From IMG/VR virus record IMGVR_UViG_3300032283_000645, positions 7,009 through 71,008 of that record: 64,000 bases of DNA; one strand, given 5' to 3'. This document shows positions 45,801 to 55,937 of this stretch, piece after piece (within the stretch, counting starts at the first letter, position 1; each line of letters begins with the position of its first letter). The notes under the pieces were generated by a model that searched no databases, was not told the DNA's origin, and worked only from the letters and a program-made list of their open reading frames with translations. Both the position numbers and the translations under genes were made by a program. The DNA comes from a virus (taxonomy: Duplodnaviria; Caudoviricetes).

Positions 45801-47718
45801 GGGCGCTGCCGCCGGTGCCGCAATCGGAACGATGATTGCGCCTGGAATTGGTACTGCAGTTGGAACTGTCGTTGGTGCTATTGCTGGTGGAATTAAAGGT
45901 GTTTTCAATCGTGTTAAAAAAGAAAAAGAGGATTCTCGCTCTGCGATGGCGGAAGGTTTCTCATCAATTCTTCGTAAACAATTTGGCGTTGCTGGTACGG
46001 CAATAGCCAACCAAGGTGGTATTGGCAAATCATCCATTGCTCAAATCATGCCTGCATACCTAAGTCAAATACAGGGAATTTCGCAAAAGGCAAGAGCAGT
46101 TCAAGGTGGTAGTGGTAGTAAGACCGACTTTGTAAAAGACTTGTACCAAAATCAAAGTACTTACGGGATGACGATTTCGCAAGACCAGTATGCATCAATG
46201 ATTAAACGGCCAGATGAAGCAATTAATTTTGCCATAAATCAAGAGTCAAAGCAAACACAAGTTGGTACTGCAGTAACTGAAACATACCAAAAGAGAATGA
46301 ATGAATTAACAAAAATTTTGGGCATGTCGGAAATGGAGGTTGAAAGTCTAGCAAGAAGTCTTGATTTCAATCTATACGACTCAACCAAAACATTTACAGA
46401 ACAACTCAATGTTCTCGGTGCAACGATGGTTAAAACATCAGCACAAATGAAAGGTATGCAGACTGATGTTTTTGTTAACGGTTTAAGCAAGTTTGACGAA
46501 GTTATAAAACAGATTGAAGCACCTATAATTCTTGACGAAAAAGTAGCAAACTTTAGGGACATGATGGATGCTGGTGGTGCCGGAGAAAAAGAAATTGCAC
46601 AATTCTTCAGAGATGTCATGGTTGATACGGCTGCGCTTGGTGGTGGTGGTCTTCAGGGTGCATTAAAATTGAAGGGAATCTACGGCGAAGGTGGAACCGC
46701 ATACACGCAAAAGGGCGGTTACCTTGAGGGCAAAGAATCAATCCTTCAAACCCAAGGTGGACAAACAGCAATCAACTACATGGACCAGTCAATCCTTGAT
46801 ACTGGTAAAAATCTTGCTGGATTTGTCAATAATGCATTGCTCACTGGTGCTGGAGGAGACAATAGATATGCAGTAAATGCAGACCTATTTGCGGGAGCGG
46901 TATCAAGAATGGGCTCCGCTTCTGCTGGGAATCTTGAAGCTGCAATTAATAGTGGAACTCTATTTGAGGGTATTGATATGTCAAATCTTGGTGCAGTTGA
47001 TGCAAGATTGCAACAGTTTGACCCAACACTTAATGCTGGTGCAATTGGTTTGCAACGAATTGCAAGTGATGAAGATATGGCTTCAAGTCTCGGTGCCATT
47101 GCAGAACTGGACGAGTCGTTGCGTTCGGTATTTGATAACTTCATGTCTGAATACAAGATTTTCTTTAAATCCGAAGCCACTACCCCAGAGTGGTTTACTG
47201 CAGAATCGTTCAAGGAGTTGGTTGCTGCAATTAATTCAGACACATCCTCGCCTCGTGGAAAAGGAATCGGCGACACCACTTCATCACGTCTTGCACAGAC
47301 ACTCGGAAGACACAATATGATGGACGGTGCACTTGTTGGGAAGAGAACGATTACCTCGGCATATAGAACAACTGGTCTAGGCTCACCAAGTTCAGACCAT
47401 ATTATGGGTCGGGCATACGACCTTGTTGGTCAAAACCTTGGTGGATACTCCAAGATGGTTCATGCCAATGGTGGCTTTGCAGAGTTCCATGGAACAAATG
47501 CAAATCGACACCTCCATGTTGTTCCAGGTGCTGGAATGGGTGACACCATGGTTCCGCAAAGGATGTCTGGACCAAGTAGTGCCGGCATTGGTTCCACAAC
47601 AAACAACAATTACACGATTAATGTTGAGGCTGGTCCAAACGCAACAGCCGAGCAGATAGCAGCCATCACCATGAAGAAGATAAAACTCATGCAAGACAAC
47701 CAGAGACAGAGGTCGTAA
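42856..47718 (+). CDS. tape measure protein with C-terminal peptidase M15-like domain
   Basis: 1620 aa, helical Ala/Gly-rich; ITSAYR...SDHIMGRAYD...RHLHV at ~47350-47523. Confidence 0.9.
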   Translation: MADEKVTIKIEVRSDDGAIDKTRRKLERLSGAEGRHYKKNSALASKGSSDIKNYGKNTDNVLNNGSRKWKKHFDQLDKSMKAFGGGLLKLVAMSAKMAAVEIAGMGLAMVAVHGAFLIGKGLSKAYQVAMQGAAAGVAALAIAAGTAAAAVREQQAAMFAFSQKGHKEFGNGLNQTRVAMRMMTHDADMAAVGVDNLTSAYGEIVNKSGKFNASSAKMFKGLMDFASAGQDMKTGTKAAAGLVAELQNVKGTYASIKTAAQGLGPQMKKALEEYEKAGGAKKGKAGLVEAITSGELARLGGVTGQFEAVNSTLINQAKGFFTQLKNEFGDFGQQFLEPVKTEFRQVFEIIKRTLQRLTGEFGTFANNGFIDKISVVVEKLANGTVNLIRKYLPAAQGMFERFGSWWDKFTSGWKRMVEYLRPLQEGARVIEQMLKNVMMPIWDELKGKFGTFNRELEKYKEDFAQFGTNVGNLIVKIMEYGNEVRTIFMESLPFINRVIEGVTSLIEHFTSFLGGFKKVTGVVEKFLGSKGFGNFMLLAGLITYGKKMKGAAGGFISGTSQSGIREAANMKITAGVVNINGKDVARYGPGYRDVPGHTTRTTPVGGTVTRGMSPTSGPYPGVTPGRPGAPGFASGGVPAAMTSVAGAANMAANALSTLAGVASGGSRAATGAAARGPNGGYLIRSGKHKGKELLQQSVGGQNPRYVFGGRGTGPVDQAQLRASGQEFRSGVFVPKEYRVDEKGRKRFTAHGRIINRRERFFRGIGEGQKLGATGYVGDGKIKTRFDRMFAQANNGLGGRLGRGADWMRDRQIARSQYLGPDGTPIDGPKQKKLWRLSSTALSGPGTSVLGKRAEKFYNGSLYNNWLSPQSNIRGDGPIEPRTKMGRRILNAKTGIRGIRASRFGSNVLGNSQTGQKGFAGSMGGTMGTALGMQFLSSKMDESAQGSMALGSSLAMINPFVGAAVGFGGAAMNARTGGGGAVMGAAAGAAIGTMIAPGIGTAVGTVVGAIAGGIKGVFNRVKKEKEDSRSAMAEGFSSILRKQFGVAGTAIANQGGIGKSSIAQIMPAYLSQIQGISQKARAVQGGSGSKTDFVKDLYQNQSTYGMTISQDQYASMIKRPDEAINFAINQESKQTQVGTAVTETYQKRMNELTKILGMSEMEVESLARSLDFNLYDSTKTFTEQLNVLGATMVKTSAQMKGMQTDVFVNGLSKFDEVIKQIEAPIILDEKVANFRDMMDAGGAGEKEIAQFFRDVMVDTAALGGGGLQGALKLKGIYGEGGTAYTQKGGYLEGKESILQTQGGQTAINYMDQSILDTGKNLAGFVNNALLTGAGGDNRYAVNADLFAGAVSRMGSASAGNLEAAINSGTLFEGIDMSNLGAVDARLQQFDPTLNAGAIGLQRIASDEDMASSLGAIAELDESLRSVFDNFMSEYKIFFKSEATTPEWFTAESFKELVAAINSDTSSPRGKGIGDTTSSRLAQTLGRHNMMDGALVGKRTITSAYRTTGLGSPSSDHIMGRAYDLVGQNLGGYSKMVHANGGFAEFHGTNANRHLHVVPGAGMGDTMVPQRMSGPSSAGIGSTTNNNYTINVEAGPNATAEQIAAITMKKIKLMQDNQRQRS

Positions 47719-50300
47719 TGGCTGCTTGGATTACAACGTCAGCCCCCACTTCTCCAAATGTTGTTGGTTCTTTTAGCTATGTCAATGGATTTGAAATAAG
47801 CAATTGGCATCTAAATCATGGGAGTTTTGCTGGAAATGATGTTCCTGCTCGCTGGGGTCCGACACCAAGTCTTGTCTTGGGTGTAGAGAGGGGTAATGAC
47901 AAGGGTGTACGTTGGAAAAAAGAAATTAAACAGTGTAGGTATTCACAAGGAACATCACAGCTACTAGAGACAACAACCTTTTGGTTGCCTGTTCTAGTTG
48001 AAGGCGACCCTCTTATGTGGGATATTAGAAAGACGCTTATCGCAAATGCTGGATTTACTGGAACCAACACAAGCGCAACTGTACAAAATGTTTTTCACCT
48101 ACCATTAATTGCCACTGCAACAACCGTGACAGACGTGTACAGAATTGGCTATGCTTCTACTAACCAATACCTAGATACATTCTCACCGCAGTTAAACACT
48201 GTTGCAGGAGGAATAAATCCAGGTAGACATGTTGCCAATTATGGAGGATTTGACTACTACTGGGAAGATACTGCAACAAATCCACATTTTGTAAGAGGTA
48301 CCGTTTCCTCTAAGGGTGCAACCGTCGTCTCAAGCACCCCATTTGGTAATCCTTATTCCAATACCGTTTTTGTCGGCAATCCAAGTGGATATTCTCCAGC
48401 AGGAAGAAAAGTTTCACAGTTGTATGAATACAGTGTTCTTGAAGTGCGTGGAAAACAGATAAGACCAGGAATGCCATTCACTGGAACTGGAACACCATCT
48501 GCAAATTACGTTTACAGTCAATTCGCTATATCCGTAGGAAAACTCTCTTCTGACCCAGACAGTTTTACTGGAAAAGTTCCAATCGTTGTTCTCAACACTG
48601 ATTATCAAACAATCAATAGCTGGAAAACCGCTTCTGGAACAATCCCACAAAAACCAAGTTCGACCGCACTTTACCCTGCAAATGGAACAGTTGGTTTACC
48701 GGCATACATATCCTCATATGCAACTAAATGGGCAGAATCAAGTACTGCTGATGGATTCACTGTGCATCAGACAACAGGCTGGCCAAATTGGACCGCAAGT
48801 TCTCCGTCTATCTCGTTGGGTATTGGTAAGTGGATGGTCTATCCGCGTTACTGGATTAGTTCAGGAGTCAAAACAGCCAGAACAAACGATGCCGCCAAAG
48901 CAAACTTTGCAGTGGGGACTGGTGGGGTTTCTTTCCCTACAAAAGGTAAACACTTCGGTGTTTTTGACAATAACACCGATGCAAACTCGTGGGCAAGTTA
49001 TTACAACTCAATATTGGATTCCAAGTCCATATCAGTAAAAGAAATGCAAGGATTCGTATTTGTTGCTGGTCCAAACTGGTCTGACAACTGGTCAATTGGA
49101 TTTAATCCAGATGGAATATCTGGGATAATTTCACAAAACTCACTATTGAGCAACACCAATCAAAATGCCTCTCCAATAATTGGTGATGTTGATTCTGAAG
49201 TTGAAGTAGTTACATCTGATGTTGCCGGAGGCTCATTTAGGGTAACAATGCAGTATGCCGTTAATACTGTCACAAAATCAAATGTAAATACTTTAATAAA
49301 ACAATTAATGGCAAATGAAAAACTTTCATTTACACAAACTAAAGATAAGTTCATTGATGAATTCATTAAAGCACGAACTGCTTTTCAGATATCGCAGGGA
49401 AAGACTCCACAGGAGGCTCGCGCTATTGCGACATCTCGCGCTGATGTTATATTTGCGTCTGCAACACCAAACTCCAATGCTGGTGGTACTGGCTCAACAA
49501 GTAATGCCCCACCAGCGGCAACAATTAGGATTCCAATTGTTAGGGGGTTAATTGGTTACCAGCCACCACCATCTGCCCTAGGTGATTCACCACAGTTGGT
49601 TCAAAAGTATCAGTATGTTCAGCTCTCAGCAAATGGGAATGGTACAGAAGTACAAGACCTCGTATCAAGCGAGCGCCGGTTTATTTTTCCTTTCACACCG
49701 AAAGATGTTACATACTCAAATCTAAGTTCAGTGTGGACTGAGATAAATCGCACTGGTCGACATCCAATAGTTGATTGGACTGGATTCCAATTATTAAAAG
49801 TATCATTTACATTTGAACTAGTTTCACGAAACTCTACAGATATTGCTCAACCAAGAGATGGTTTTGGACTTTATTTTTCCATTGATGAGGAAATAAATCT
49901 CCTAAGACAGATGGCAACAGCACCATACCCTGTTTCATTTCTAAACATGGATACATTCTTTTCAAAAGAATTAAGATATCCGCTTTATACACAGGGTCGT
50001 GGTGTTGAATTTGTCATTACTGATTTCGCCGTTCAGTCGGTTCAGAGAACACCAACATCAAATTCTGCTGGAGCAACATCAATTCAACCAAATCAGATTT
50101 CTCGTGCTTCGTGCACAATAACTCTGCAGGAATGCCCAATTGAGGGTGTAGATATCATTAGTATTCCCAAAATAACAGTGTGCTCAAAGAAGAATTGTCC
50201 GCCGCCTACCTGCAAAGAACCATGCACTGAAAAACCGAGGGAATTTGTCTTGTTCGCCAAAGACCAGACACAAAGGGATACTCCTGCAGTTCAGGGGTAG
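47718..50300 (+). CDS. large baseplate-region protein; C-terminal tail-tube-initiator-like domain
   Basis: FIFPFTPKDVTY...WTEINRTGRHPIV..TG..LLKVSFTF at ~49675-49820, preceded by a ~600-aa Ser/Thr/Gly-rich region. Confidence 0.6.
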   Translation: MAAWITTSAPTSPNVVGSFSYVNGFEISNWHLNHGSFAGNDVPARWGPTPSLVLGVERGNDKGVRWKKEIKQCRYSQGTSQLLETTTFWLPVLVEGDPLMWDIRKTLIANAGFTGTNTSATVQNVFHLPLIATATTVTDVYRIGYASTNQYLDTFSPQLNTVAGGINPGRHVANYGGFDYYWEDTATNPHFVRGTVSSKGATVVSSTPFGNPYSNTVFVGNPSGYSPAGRKVSQLYEYSVLEVRGKQIRPGMPFTGTGTPSANYVYSQFAISVGKLSSDPDSFTGKVPIVVLNTDYQTINSWKTASGTIPQKPSSTALYPANGTVGLPAYISSYATKWAESSTADGFTVHQTTGWPNWTASSPSISLGIGKWMVYPRYWISSGVKTARTNDAAKANFAVGTGGVSFPTKGKHFGVFDNNTDANSWASYYNSILDSKSISVKEMQGFVFVAGPNWSDNWSIGFNPDGISGIISQNSLLSNTNQNASPIIGDVDSEVEVVTSDVAGGSFRVTMQYAVNTVTKSNVNTLIKQLMANEKLSFTQTKDKFIDEFIKARTAFQISQGKTPQEARAIATSRADVIFASATPNSNAGGTGSTSNAPPAATIRIPIVRGLIGYQPPPSALGDSPQLVQKYQYVQLSANGNGTEVQDLVSSERRFIFPFTPKDVTYSNLSSVWTEINRTGRHPIVDWTGFQLLKVSFTFELVSRNSTDIAQPRDGFGLYFSIDEEINLLRQMATAPYPVSFLNMDTFFSKELRYPLYTQGRGVEFVITDFAVQSVQRTPTSNSAGATSIQPNQISRASCTITLQECPIEGVDIISIPKITVCSKKNCPPPTCKEPCTEKPREFVLFAKDQTQRDTPAVQG

Positions 50301-50308
50301 GTTGAGCC

Positions 50309-51418
50309 ATGAGTTTTGAACAAGACCCATTTAGATTTCAAATTGGAAATCTACAAGCAAAAGTAATGGAAGATATTCTTTCATCCGTTCTAGATGCTCG
50401 CGTTAACTACAGCATGGACATGGTTACGGAACTTGATTTAAACATATTTGACACCGGATTTGCTTTTGCGGCGAATAATTACTTCAGAGTAACAAATGAT
50501 GTTTACTATACGACAAAGTCAATTTCAAACTTTGACCAGCGTGAAAATGGTATTGAGTTAAGATACAAAACATTACTCATGGAGATTGCAGAGGTTTCAG
50601 TTTCGCAGAGCCAAGGATTTAATCCAATCTGGAATGTTAAATGTAGGACAAAAGCAATTCAGCAGATGAAAAGAGACAAAAATCCAAGTGCTGTTTCTAG
50701 CTCAAGTGGAACAGCATTTGTTCGTGCTGCCGCAAAAAAATACGGCTTAGAATTCATTGGGGAAGAGACTTCAAAATCAGTAAAAATTAACAAAGCAAGT
50801 GGAACAAGTGCTGCCGACTCGCTCTGGAACGTGCTGCAGAACCTTGCTTCATCTGCAAAATTCAAACTCTTTGAAGCAGATGGTACATTGTATTTCGCTT
50901 CAATGAAATGGCTTATGCACAGGTGGGGGACTAAATCCATTGTTGTTAGTGTTGAAAAGAAAAATACAACAAATGGAAAAATTACAAAAGAAGCAGTTGT
51001 CAGAAAATTTATTCCGCTTGTGCCGGGCAAAGTTGGAAAAGATTTTGAGTTGATGAGTCTTCCGGAGATGCGTAAGTCCGATAACGACCCAATGGAATCA
51101 AGCGGAAGCGCAGTGATTGATAGAACGAACGGTACATCATTGCGCCCAGGCATGACGGTTTTCGTGGATGGGATACCATCGTTTGTTGGTTACTATTTAA
51201 TAAATAGCGTTGACTATGAAGAACTAACACCAAACCCAGTGTCTATTGCATTCATGACGCCAGAACGAGACCCTAAGGATATTGTCCAACTACCTATTGG
51301 TCCTACATTTAAGGCGACTGGCGACATGATTGGTCCGGGTGTGCTTATCCCGTTCCTTGAAGAGGGAATAACAGTCCAAGAAACAACTGCCCCATTCCCC
51401 TCATACAAGATTGGTTAA
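50309..51418 (+). CDS. baseplate hub protein (gp27/gpD-like)
   Basis: ELDLNIFD, LWNVLQNLA, LRPGMTVFVDGI..FVGYYLINSV; synteny. Confidence 0.75.
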   Translation: MSFEQDPFRFQIGNLQAKVMEDILSSVLDARVNYSMDMVTELDLNIFDTGFAFAANNYFRVTNDVYYTTKSISNFDQRENGIELRYKTLLMEIAEVSVSQSQGFNPIWNVKCRTKAIQQMKRDKNPSAVSSSSGTAFVRAAAKKYGLEFIGEETSKSVKINKASGTSAADSLWNVLQNLASSAKFKLFEADGTLYFASMKWLMHRWGTKSIVVSVEKKNTTNGKITKEAVVRKFIPLVPGKVGKDFELMSLPEMRKSDNDPMESSGSAVIDRTNGTSLRPGMTVFVDGIPSFVGYYLINSVDYEELTPNPVSIAFMTPERDPKDIVQLPIGPTFKATGDMIGPGVLIPFLEEGITVQETTAPFPSYKIG

Positions 51419-51421
51419 CAA

Positions 51422-51793
51422 ATGGGAAATCCAAATCAACCAGTACCAGATTACATAAATTACAGTAATGGAAGCCAATTCCCATCATTTGGTGGTGGGT
51501 TGTATATTGGGACGATTACGGGCGTTACGAGTGGACTCAGGTATTCGGTGAAGATACAAAGTCTCGGCATTACCGTCAAGGATTGTGCATGTATTTCGAC
51601 AACAGCGTTAAACAAACCAGCCATCACCAATGCCGTTCTAGTTGGGTTTCTTGGTCAGACGCTAGAGGAAGCCGTAATTATTGGTAAAATTAACGTATCG
51701 GTTGATGTCTTCGCAAGCAAAACTAGCGTAACATCATTACAATCCCAGTTAGCAGCTCTCGCTGTGCGGGTTACGGCTTTGGAGAATCAGTAA
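51422..51793 (+). CDS. baseplate spike-like (gpV OB-fold) protein with coiled-coil tail
   Basis: LYIGTIT, VLVGFL..AVIIG; position after the hub gene. Confidence 0.55.
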   Translation: MGNPNQPVPDYINYSNGSQFPSFGGGLYIGTITGVTSGLRYSVKIQSLGITVKDCACISTTALNKPAITNAVLVGFLGQTLEEAVIIGKINVSVDVFASKTSVTSLQSQLAALAVRVTALENQ

Positions 51794-52092
51794 TGGACAC
51801 ACTTGCATTTCCTATTAGGTTTGACTCAACGGGTTTGAAAAAGCATACCCATCACTCCGACGATTATTTTCGTCAACTTCTCAGTTTCACTGCACTCACA
51901 GAGCCAGGGACGCATCCATTAAAGCCAGAATTCGGAGTATTTGACCCATCATTCCAGAACGTAAATCGTGGGGCTTTTATTCTTCAGGCATCTCGGTATA
52001 TCCCAGAAATTGCAATTACCGATGTTGCAACAGAAATCACCAGTGCTTCAAATACATCATTCCTTCAGGTCACATATAGAAGGGTTTCGTAA
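51793..52092 (+). CDS. baseplate wedge gp25/gpW-like protein
   Basis: LAFPIRF, GTHPLKPEFG; synteny. Confidence 0.7.
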   Translation: MDTLAFPIRFDSTGLKKHTHHSDDYFRQLLSFTALTEPGTHPLKPEFGVFDPSFQNVNRGAFILQASRYIPEIAITDVATEITSASNTSFLQVTYRRVS

Positions 52093-53309
52093 TGGCTGCT
52101 GATTTTTCACCATATGTAAACATGCGTTTGTATGACAAGCAACCGAGTGATATATACCTAAACGCTCTCGAGATTGCCCAAATGAATATTCCACAATTTG
52201 AGCTTCGCGTCGGAACGGTTGAGGATGCAATATTTCAGGCAATGGCATATATGACATCTCTTTCCGTCACCCACATTAATGCCCTTCCAAACAGACTGAT
52301 GGAAGGCGTTCTGTCAATGATGGGAGTACCCAGACTAAATGGTTCCAATGCAACAGTGACGGTTGATGTTGAGCTTGCTACCTACTCTGGGGCAACAGTG
52401 ACAGAAGGAACTACATTTCTTCATGAAACTTCAATCTTTGGAGAAATAACACAAACCTATTATCAGGTTATTGGTGCAGTAACAATTGCAAGTGTTGAAC
52501 AAGACCCAGAAGCCGAACCAGCGACACCATTTCCAGTTGGCTCAGTTCAACTGATGGCAATGGATATTGGGCCAGTCCCAACAGTTGTTGAGGGTGATTT
52601 GTTGACTATTATAAATATAAATACTCAAGTTTCATCGGTTACTGCACACGACGACTTTATTCAGGGTGAGGATGAGGAAAGTGACGGAGAGTACCTTGGT
52701 CGTGGGGTTACCGTTCTTTCATCACTCAGTGATGCACTTGTAACAGCAAATCAAATTGAGAAATATATTGCCAGCACATACCCTGCGGTAAAAAGGGTTA
52801 AGGCATATGACCTCACGGATGCTGACCTCGATTCTGACATAAATGCAGATGAAGCACCCGGATATGCAACCGCATATGTTTATGGAAACAACACGGAAAT
52901 CAATGTTCTTCAAAGATTGCAAATACAAAAAGATGTAAACGACAGGACATCTGCTGGCTTGGCGGTAAGAATTTCCCCTGTCAGGATAGTTGCAGCAAGC
53001 GTAAGTGCTTCACTGGAAATCCCAAGCACATACTCCGTATCCAGTGCATCGGCAGCAATTACTTCTGCACTCCGTTCATATTTGAGTCCACTCTATTTTC
53101 CAAATACAGACACTTCAATTAGAAAAAATGCAATTGTTGGAATACTTTCAAAACTTCCTTCAGTTCTATACATCTCGGATATTGAAGTATCTTCAAATAC
53201 CATGGATGTTGATGCAGAAACCGGAAATTTGATATTTCAGCAAAAAGGAGACTTGCCGTCACTTGCAGAAGCAGCAATTGAACTTACCATAAATGTTGGC
53301 GATTTGTAA
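52092..53309 (+). CDS. baseplate J-like protein
   Basis: LLSMMGVPR-like segment, GEDEESDGEYL, GYATAYV; 405 aa. Confidence 0.8.
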   Translation: MAADFSPYVNMRLYDKQPSDIYLNALEIAQMNIPQFELRVGTVEDAIFQAMAYMTSLSVTHINALPNRLMEGVLSMMGVPRLNGSNATVTVDVELATYSGATVTEGTTFLHETSIFGEITQTYYQVIGAVTIASVEQDPEAEPATPFPVGSVQLMAMDIGPVPTVVEGDLLTIININTQVSSVTAHDDFIQGEDEESDGEYLGRGVTVLSSLSDALVTANQIEKYIASTYPAVKRVKAYDLTDADLDSDINADEAPGYATAYVYGNNTEINVLQRLQIQKDVNDRTSAGLAVRISPVRIVAASVSASLEIPSTYSVSSASAAITSALRSYLSPLYFPNTDTSIRKNAIVGILSKLPSVLYISDIEVSSNTMDVDAETGNLIFQQKGDLPSLAEAAIELTINVGDL

Positions 53310-54511
53310 TGTCTAAATTTAATTATATTGACGATATTTCTGGTCTCTATCGGCGTGATGCTCTTGATAATCAGTACGACCTTGCGAACTATCCGATTTT
53401 GTGGACATTTTTAAATAATTCATCGACACCAGCCCTGGATGCACTCACTTATAGACATTCATCAAGACTCTCAATTGAAATTAGAAATCCAATCACAGAG
53501 CAATACGCCTTTAACAGTATTGAGTTTGAAATACCAGCAGATGATGTTTCCAAGGAATTTAGCTTCAATGCAGTTTTTAAATGTGCAGCCCCAGCGAATG
53601 TTTCAATATATCTCCATGATTTTGAAGAATCATTTGAAAGCGTTACTCCCGTAGTTACACAATTAACAACATCAGAATGGACTGCATGTTTTTCTAATAT
53701 TTTTGAGTTTGCTAACAAGAATCGACCAGTATATGGTCTTGGCGTCAGGGTTGAGATTGAAAATCATCAAGGGAAAATTGTTCATTTTTCAATGCCAAAC
53801 CTTGTAGACGATAAGCCATTTTTAAACAATACATACTTCAACCCATCAAGACAATTCTTTCCAGACGTCTATTACGATGTTGACTCAGAACAGACAAGTC
53901 CAACATTTCCTTTCTACAAACTCTGGCATAGCCTTACCGGTGTTGCTGACACCGTGATGAAAGAGTACTTGAATATATTTAGGTATGAAGATGCAGAAAT
54001 ACCAATTAGCATCAAATCTCAAGAATTCTCTTCTACATTTGATAAATTTTCAAGCGAATTGACAGAACCAGAAATCATGCCAGACCAATACACACCTTGG
54101 GCTTCAATGTTTATTGGGAACCTAATCAAGAATGGCATTTATGTTTCAGGTCAAGATGTAATCGATGATTCACTTGATTTCAAACGTCGTCAAATCAGTA
54201 CTCGTATGTATGGTTTTTCTGCTGGAACCAAAGGTGCAATCAAGAATGCAGCGCGTTCAATTATTGGAGAGGATGCAGCTGTCGTAATTACCCCGAACTG
54301 GGACAATGACCAGTGGGCAATTATGGTGAGAACGATTACTGCAAGCACGCCGGGAGTCTCTGCTTCTGGGCAAAGTAGCTCTGCTGTTTACTATGCAATG
54401 GAGCCAGCTAAACCGGCTGGATATAAACTTCTGCATGAAAGCATTGATGAAATTACGTTCGTGCTAGACGACTCTGACTTCGGAGTATTTAACCAATCAG
54501 TTCTTGGCTAA
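53309..54511 (+). CDS. baseplate wedge/gpI-like protein with N-terminal extension
   Basis: LTEPEIMP..PWASMF, AGTKGAIKNA, AKPAGYKL. Confidence 0.65.
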   Translation: MSKFNYIDDISGLYRRDALDNQYDLANYPILWTFLNNSSTPALDALTYRHSSRLSIEIRNPITEQYAFNSIEFEIPADDVSKEFSFNAVFKCAAPANVSIYLHDFEESFESVTPVVTQLTTSEWTACFSNIFEFANKNRPVYGLGVRVEIENHQGKIVHFSMPNLVDDKPFLNNTYFNPSRQFFPDVYYDVDSEQTSPTFPFYKLWHSLTGVADTVMKEYLNIFRYEDAEIPISIKSQEFSSTFDKFSSELTEPEIMPDQYTPWASMFIGNLIKNGIYVSGQDVIDDSLDFKRRQISTRMYGFSAGTKGAIKNAARSIIGEDAAVVITPNWDNDQWAIMVRTITASTPGVSASGQSSSAVYYAMEPAKPAGYKLLHESIDEITFVLDDSDFGVFNQSVLG

Positions 54512-55380
54512 AGAGGGAAGTTTGCATCAAGCGCGCGTTTGATTCCTTCTTCAAGTGAAACCTTCGGAGCGTAGAACTCCAGCATTTTTGATGGGTCACA
54601 AACCCTATACTGAACACCTTCTGGTGCACCAATAATTCGTTCAAACTCTGGGTTGTATCCAGAAATTTTTGATACCAATTCAGCAAGTTCATTGAATGAG
54701 AATGCAATACCGGTTCCCAGGTTTACTGGCCCCTGAATATCGTTCTTTACTGCTGCAAGAGTTGCTTCAACAACATCGCTGATATGGATGAAGTCTCTTG
54801 TTTGATTTCCGGTTCCCCAAATCTTGAACGGGTTTTCTCGCCTGCCACCACGAGCAATAAAAGATGGGAACGGATAGTCAAGTGCTTGGTCTTCTCCATA
54901 TCCAGAAAATGGGCGGAACACATGAACTCTTAGCCCTTCGTTTTCTGCATATTTTGCCAGCATTTCTCCAGTCAGTTTTGCCCATCCGTAAGTAAGGTCT
55001 GGTGACTGAATGTCATCAAGGTCAATGTCTGATTCCTTCAACTTATGTGTTGAACCATGTCCTTGCAACTTGATTGGATAAGCGGCCGATGAAGAGTAAT
55101 AAACAATTCGTGATGGCCTTGTCCTAAGTGCCCATTGAAACATTTCTGCATCAATCGCAAGGTCAACAGCGACAGAAAGCGGTGCGCCTTCAATAGTTGC
55201 TCGACCACCGACAATGGCTGCAAGGTGGATAACTAGGTCAAAATATGTATTGTCGGTTGCAAAGAAGTGACGTGCGTCTAAACCATTCTTGATGTCAACA
55301 CCAACAATTTGATGTTCAGACAATGCATTTCTGAAGTGTGTTCCCACAAATCCAGCATCGCCAGTAATAAGAATCTTCAC
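54508..55380 (-). CDS. NAD-dependent nucleotide-sugar epimerase/dehydratase (extended SDR)
   Basis: ILITGDAGFVG, HLAAIVGG, SSSAAY, YGWAK, RPFSGYG, QTRDFIHISDV. Confidence 0.92.
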   Translation of the reverse strand: MKILITGDAGFVGTHFRNALSEHQIVGVDIKNGLDARHFFATDNTYFDLVIHLAAIVGGRATIEGAPLSVAVDLAIDAEMFQWALRTRPSRIVYYSSSAAYPIKLQGHGSTHKLKESDIDLDDIQSPDLTYGWAKLTGEMLAKYAENEGLRVHVFRPFSGYGEDQALDYPFPSFIARGGRRENPFKIWGTGNQTRDFIHISDVVEATLAAVKNDIQGPVNLGTGIAFSFNELAELVSKISGYNPEFERIIGAPEGVQYRVCDPSKMLEFYAPKVSLEEGIKRALDANFPL

Positions 55381-55937
55381 TTACATCCCCACATTCCGTA
55401 TATGTATGGTTCGCCAAATACTGTTGTATCAAGCATGATAAAAACATCTGGGTTCCACCCAGCATTCTTCAGAATAGTTTCAACATCTTGTCTACCCCAA
55501 GCCCAGTAGTGCTCTTCGTTGGTGTCATACCAAGCGTCAATGGGAGTTGAAAGAACCAGAGTTTTAGACTTCTTTCTTATTGCGTTCAAAACCGAACTTG
55601 GGTCTTCAACATGCTCAATGCTTTCTGAGCAAATATACAAGTCAACATTGTCAATCTTTGGCAAATTAACTTCAAGCGGCCCAGAGTATTTATAACCCTT
55701 TGCATAATCCCCAAGTATTGTTTTTTTGATGCCTAGCGCTTTAGCGATTGCACCATTGCCGCAACTCAGGTCAGCAACTGATTCCGCCTTTGCCTGATAA
55801 GCCATGTCTTTAGCGAGTTGTATTGTTGTATTTACCCTAATTCCGTGCCCACGCCCATATATTGCATGGTCGTGTGGTGCGGGATAGATTTCTGCCAGTT
55901 CTTTGGAAGTATGGAACTCCCGTAATTTTTTTATCAC
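55377..55937 (-). CDS. class I SAM-dependent methyltransferase
   Basis: VADLSCGNG, DLYICSESIEHVEDP. Confidence 0.8.
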   Translation of the reverse strand: MIKKLREFHTSKELAEIYPAPHDHAIYGRGHGIRVNTTIQLAKDMAYQAKAESVADLSCGNGAIAKALGIKKTILGDYAKGYKYSGPLEVNLPKIDNVDLYICSESIEHVEDPSSVLNAIRKKSKTLVLSTPIDAWYDTNEEHYWAWGRQDVETILKNAGWNPDVFIMLDTTVFGEPYIYGMWGCK

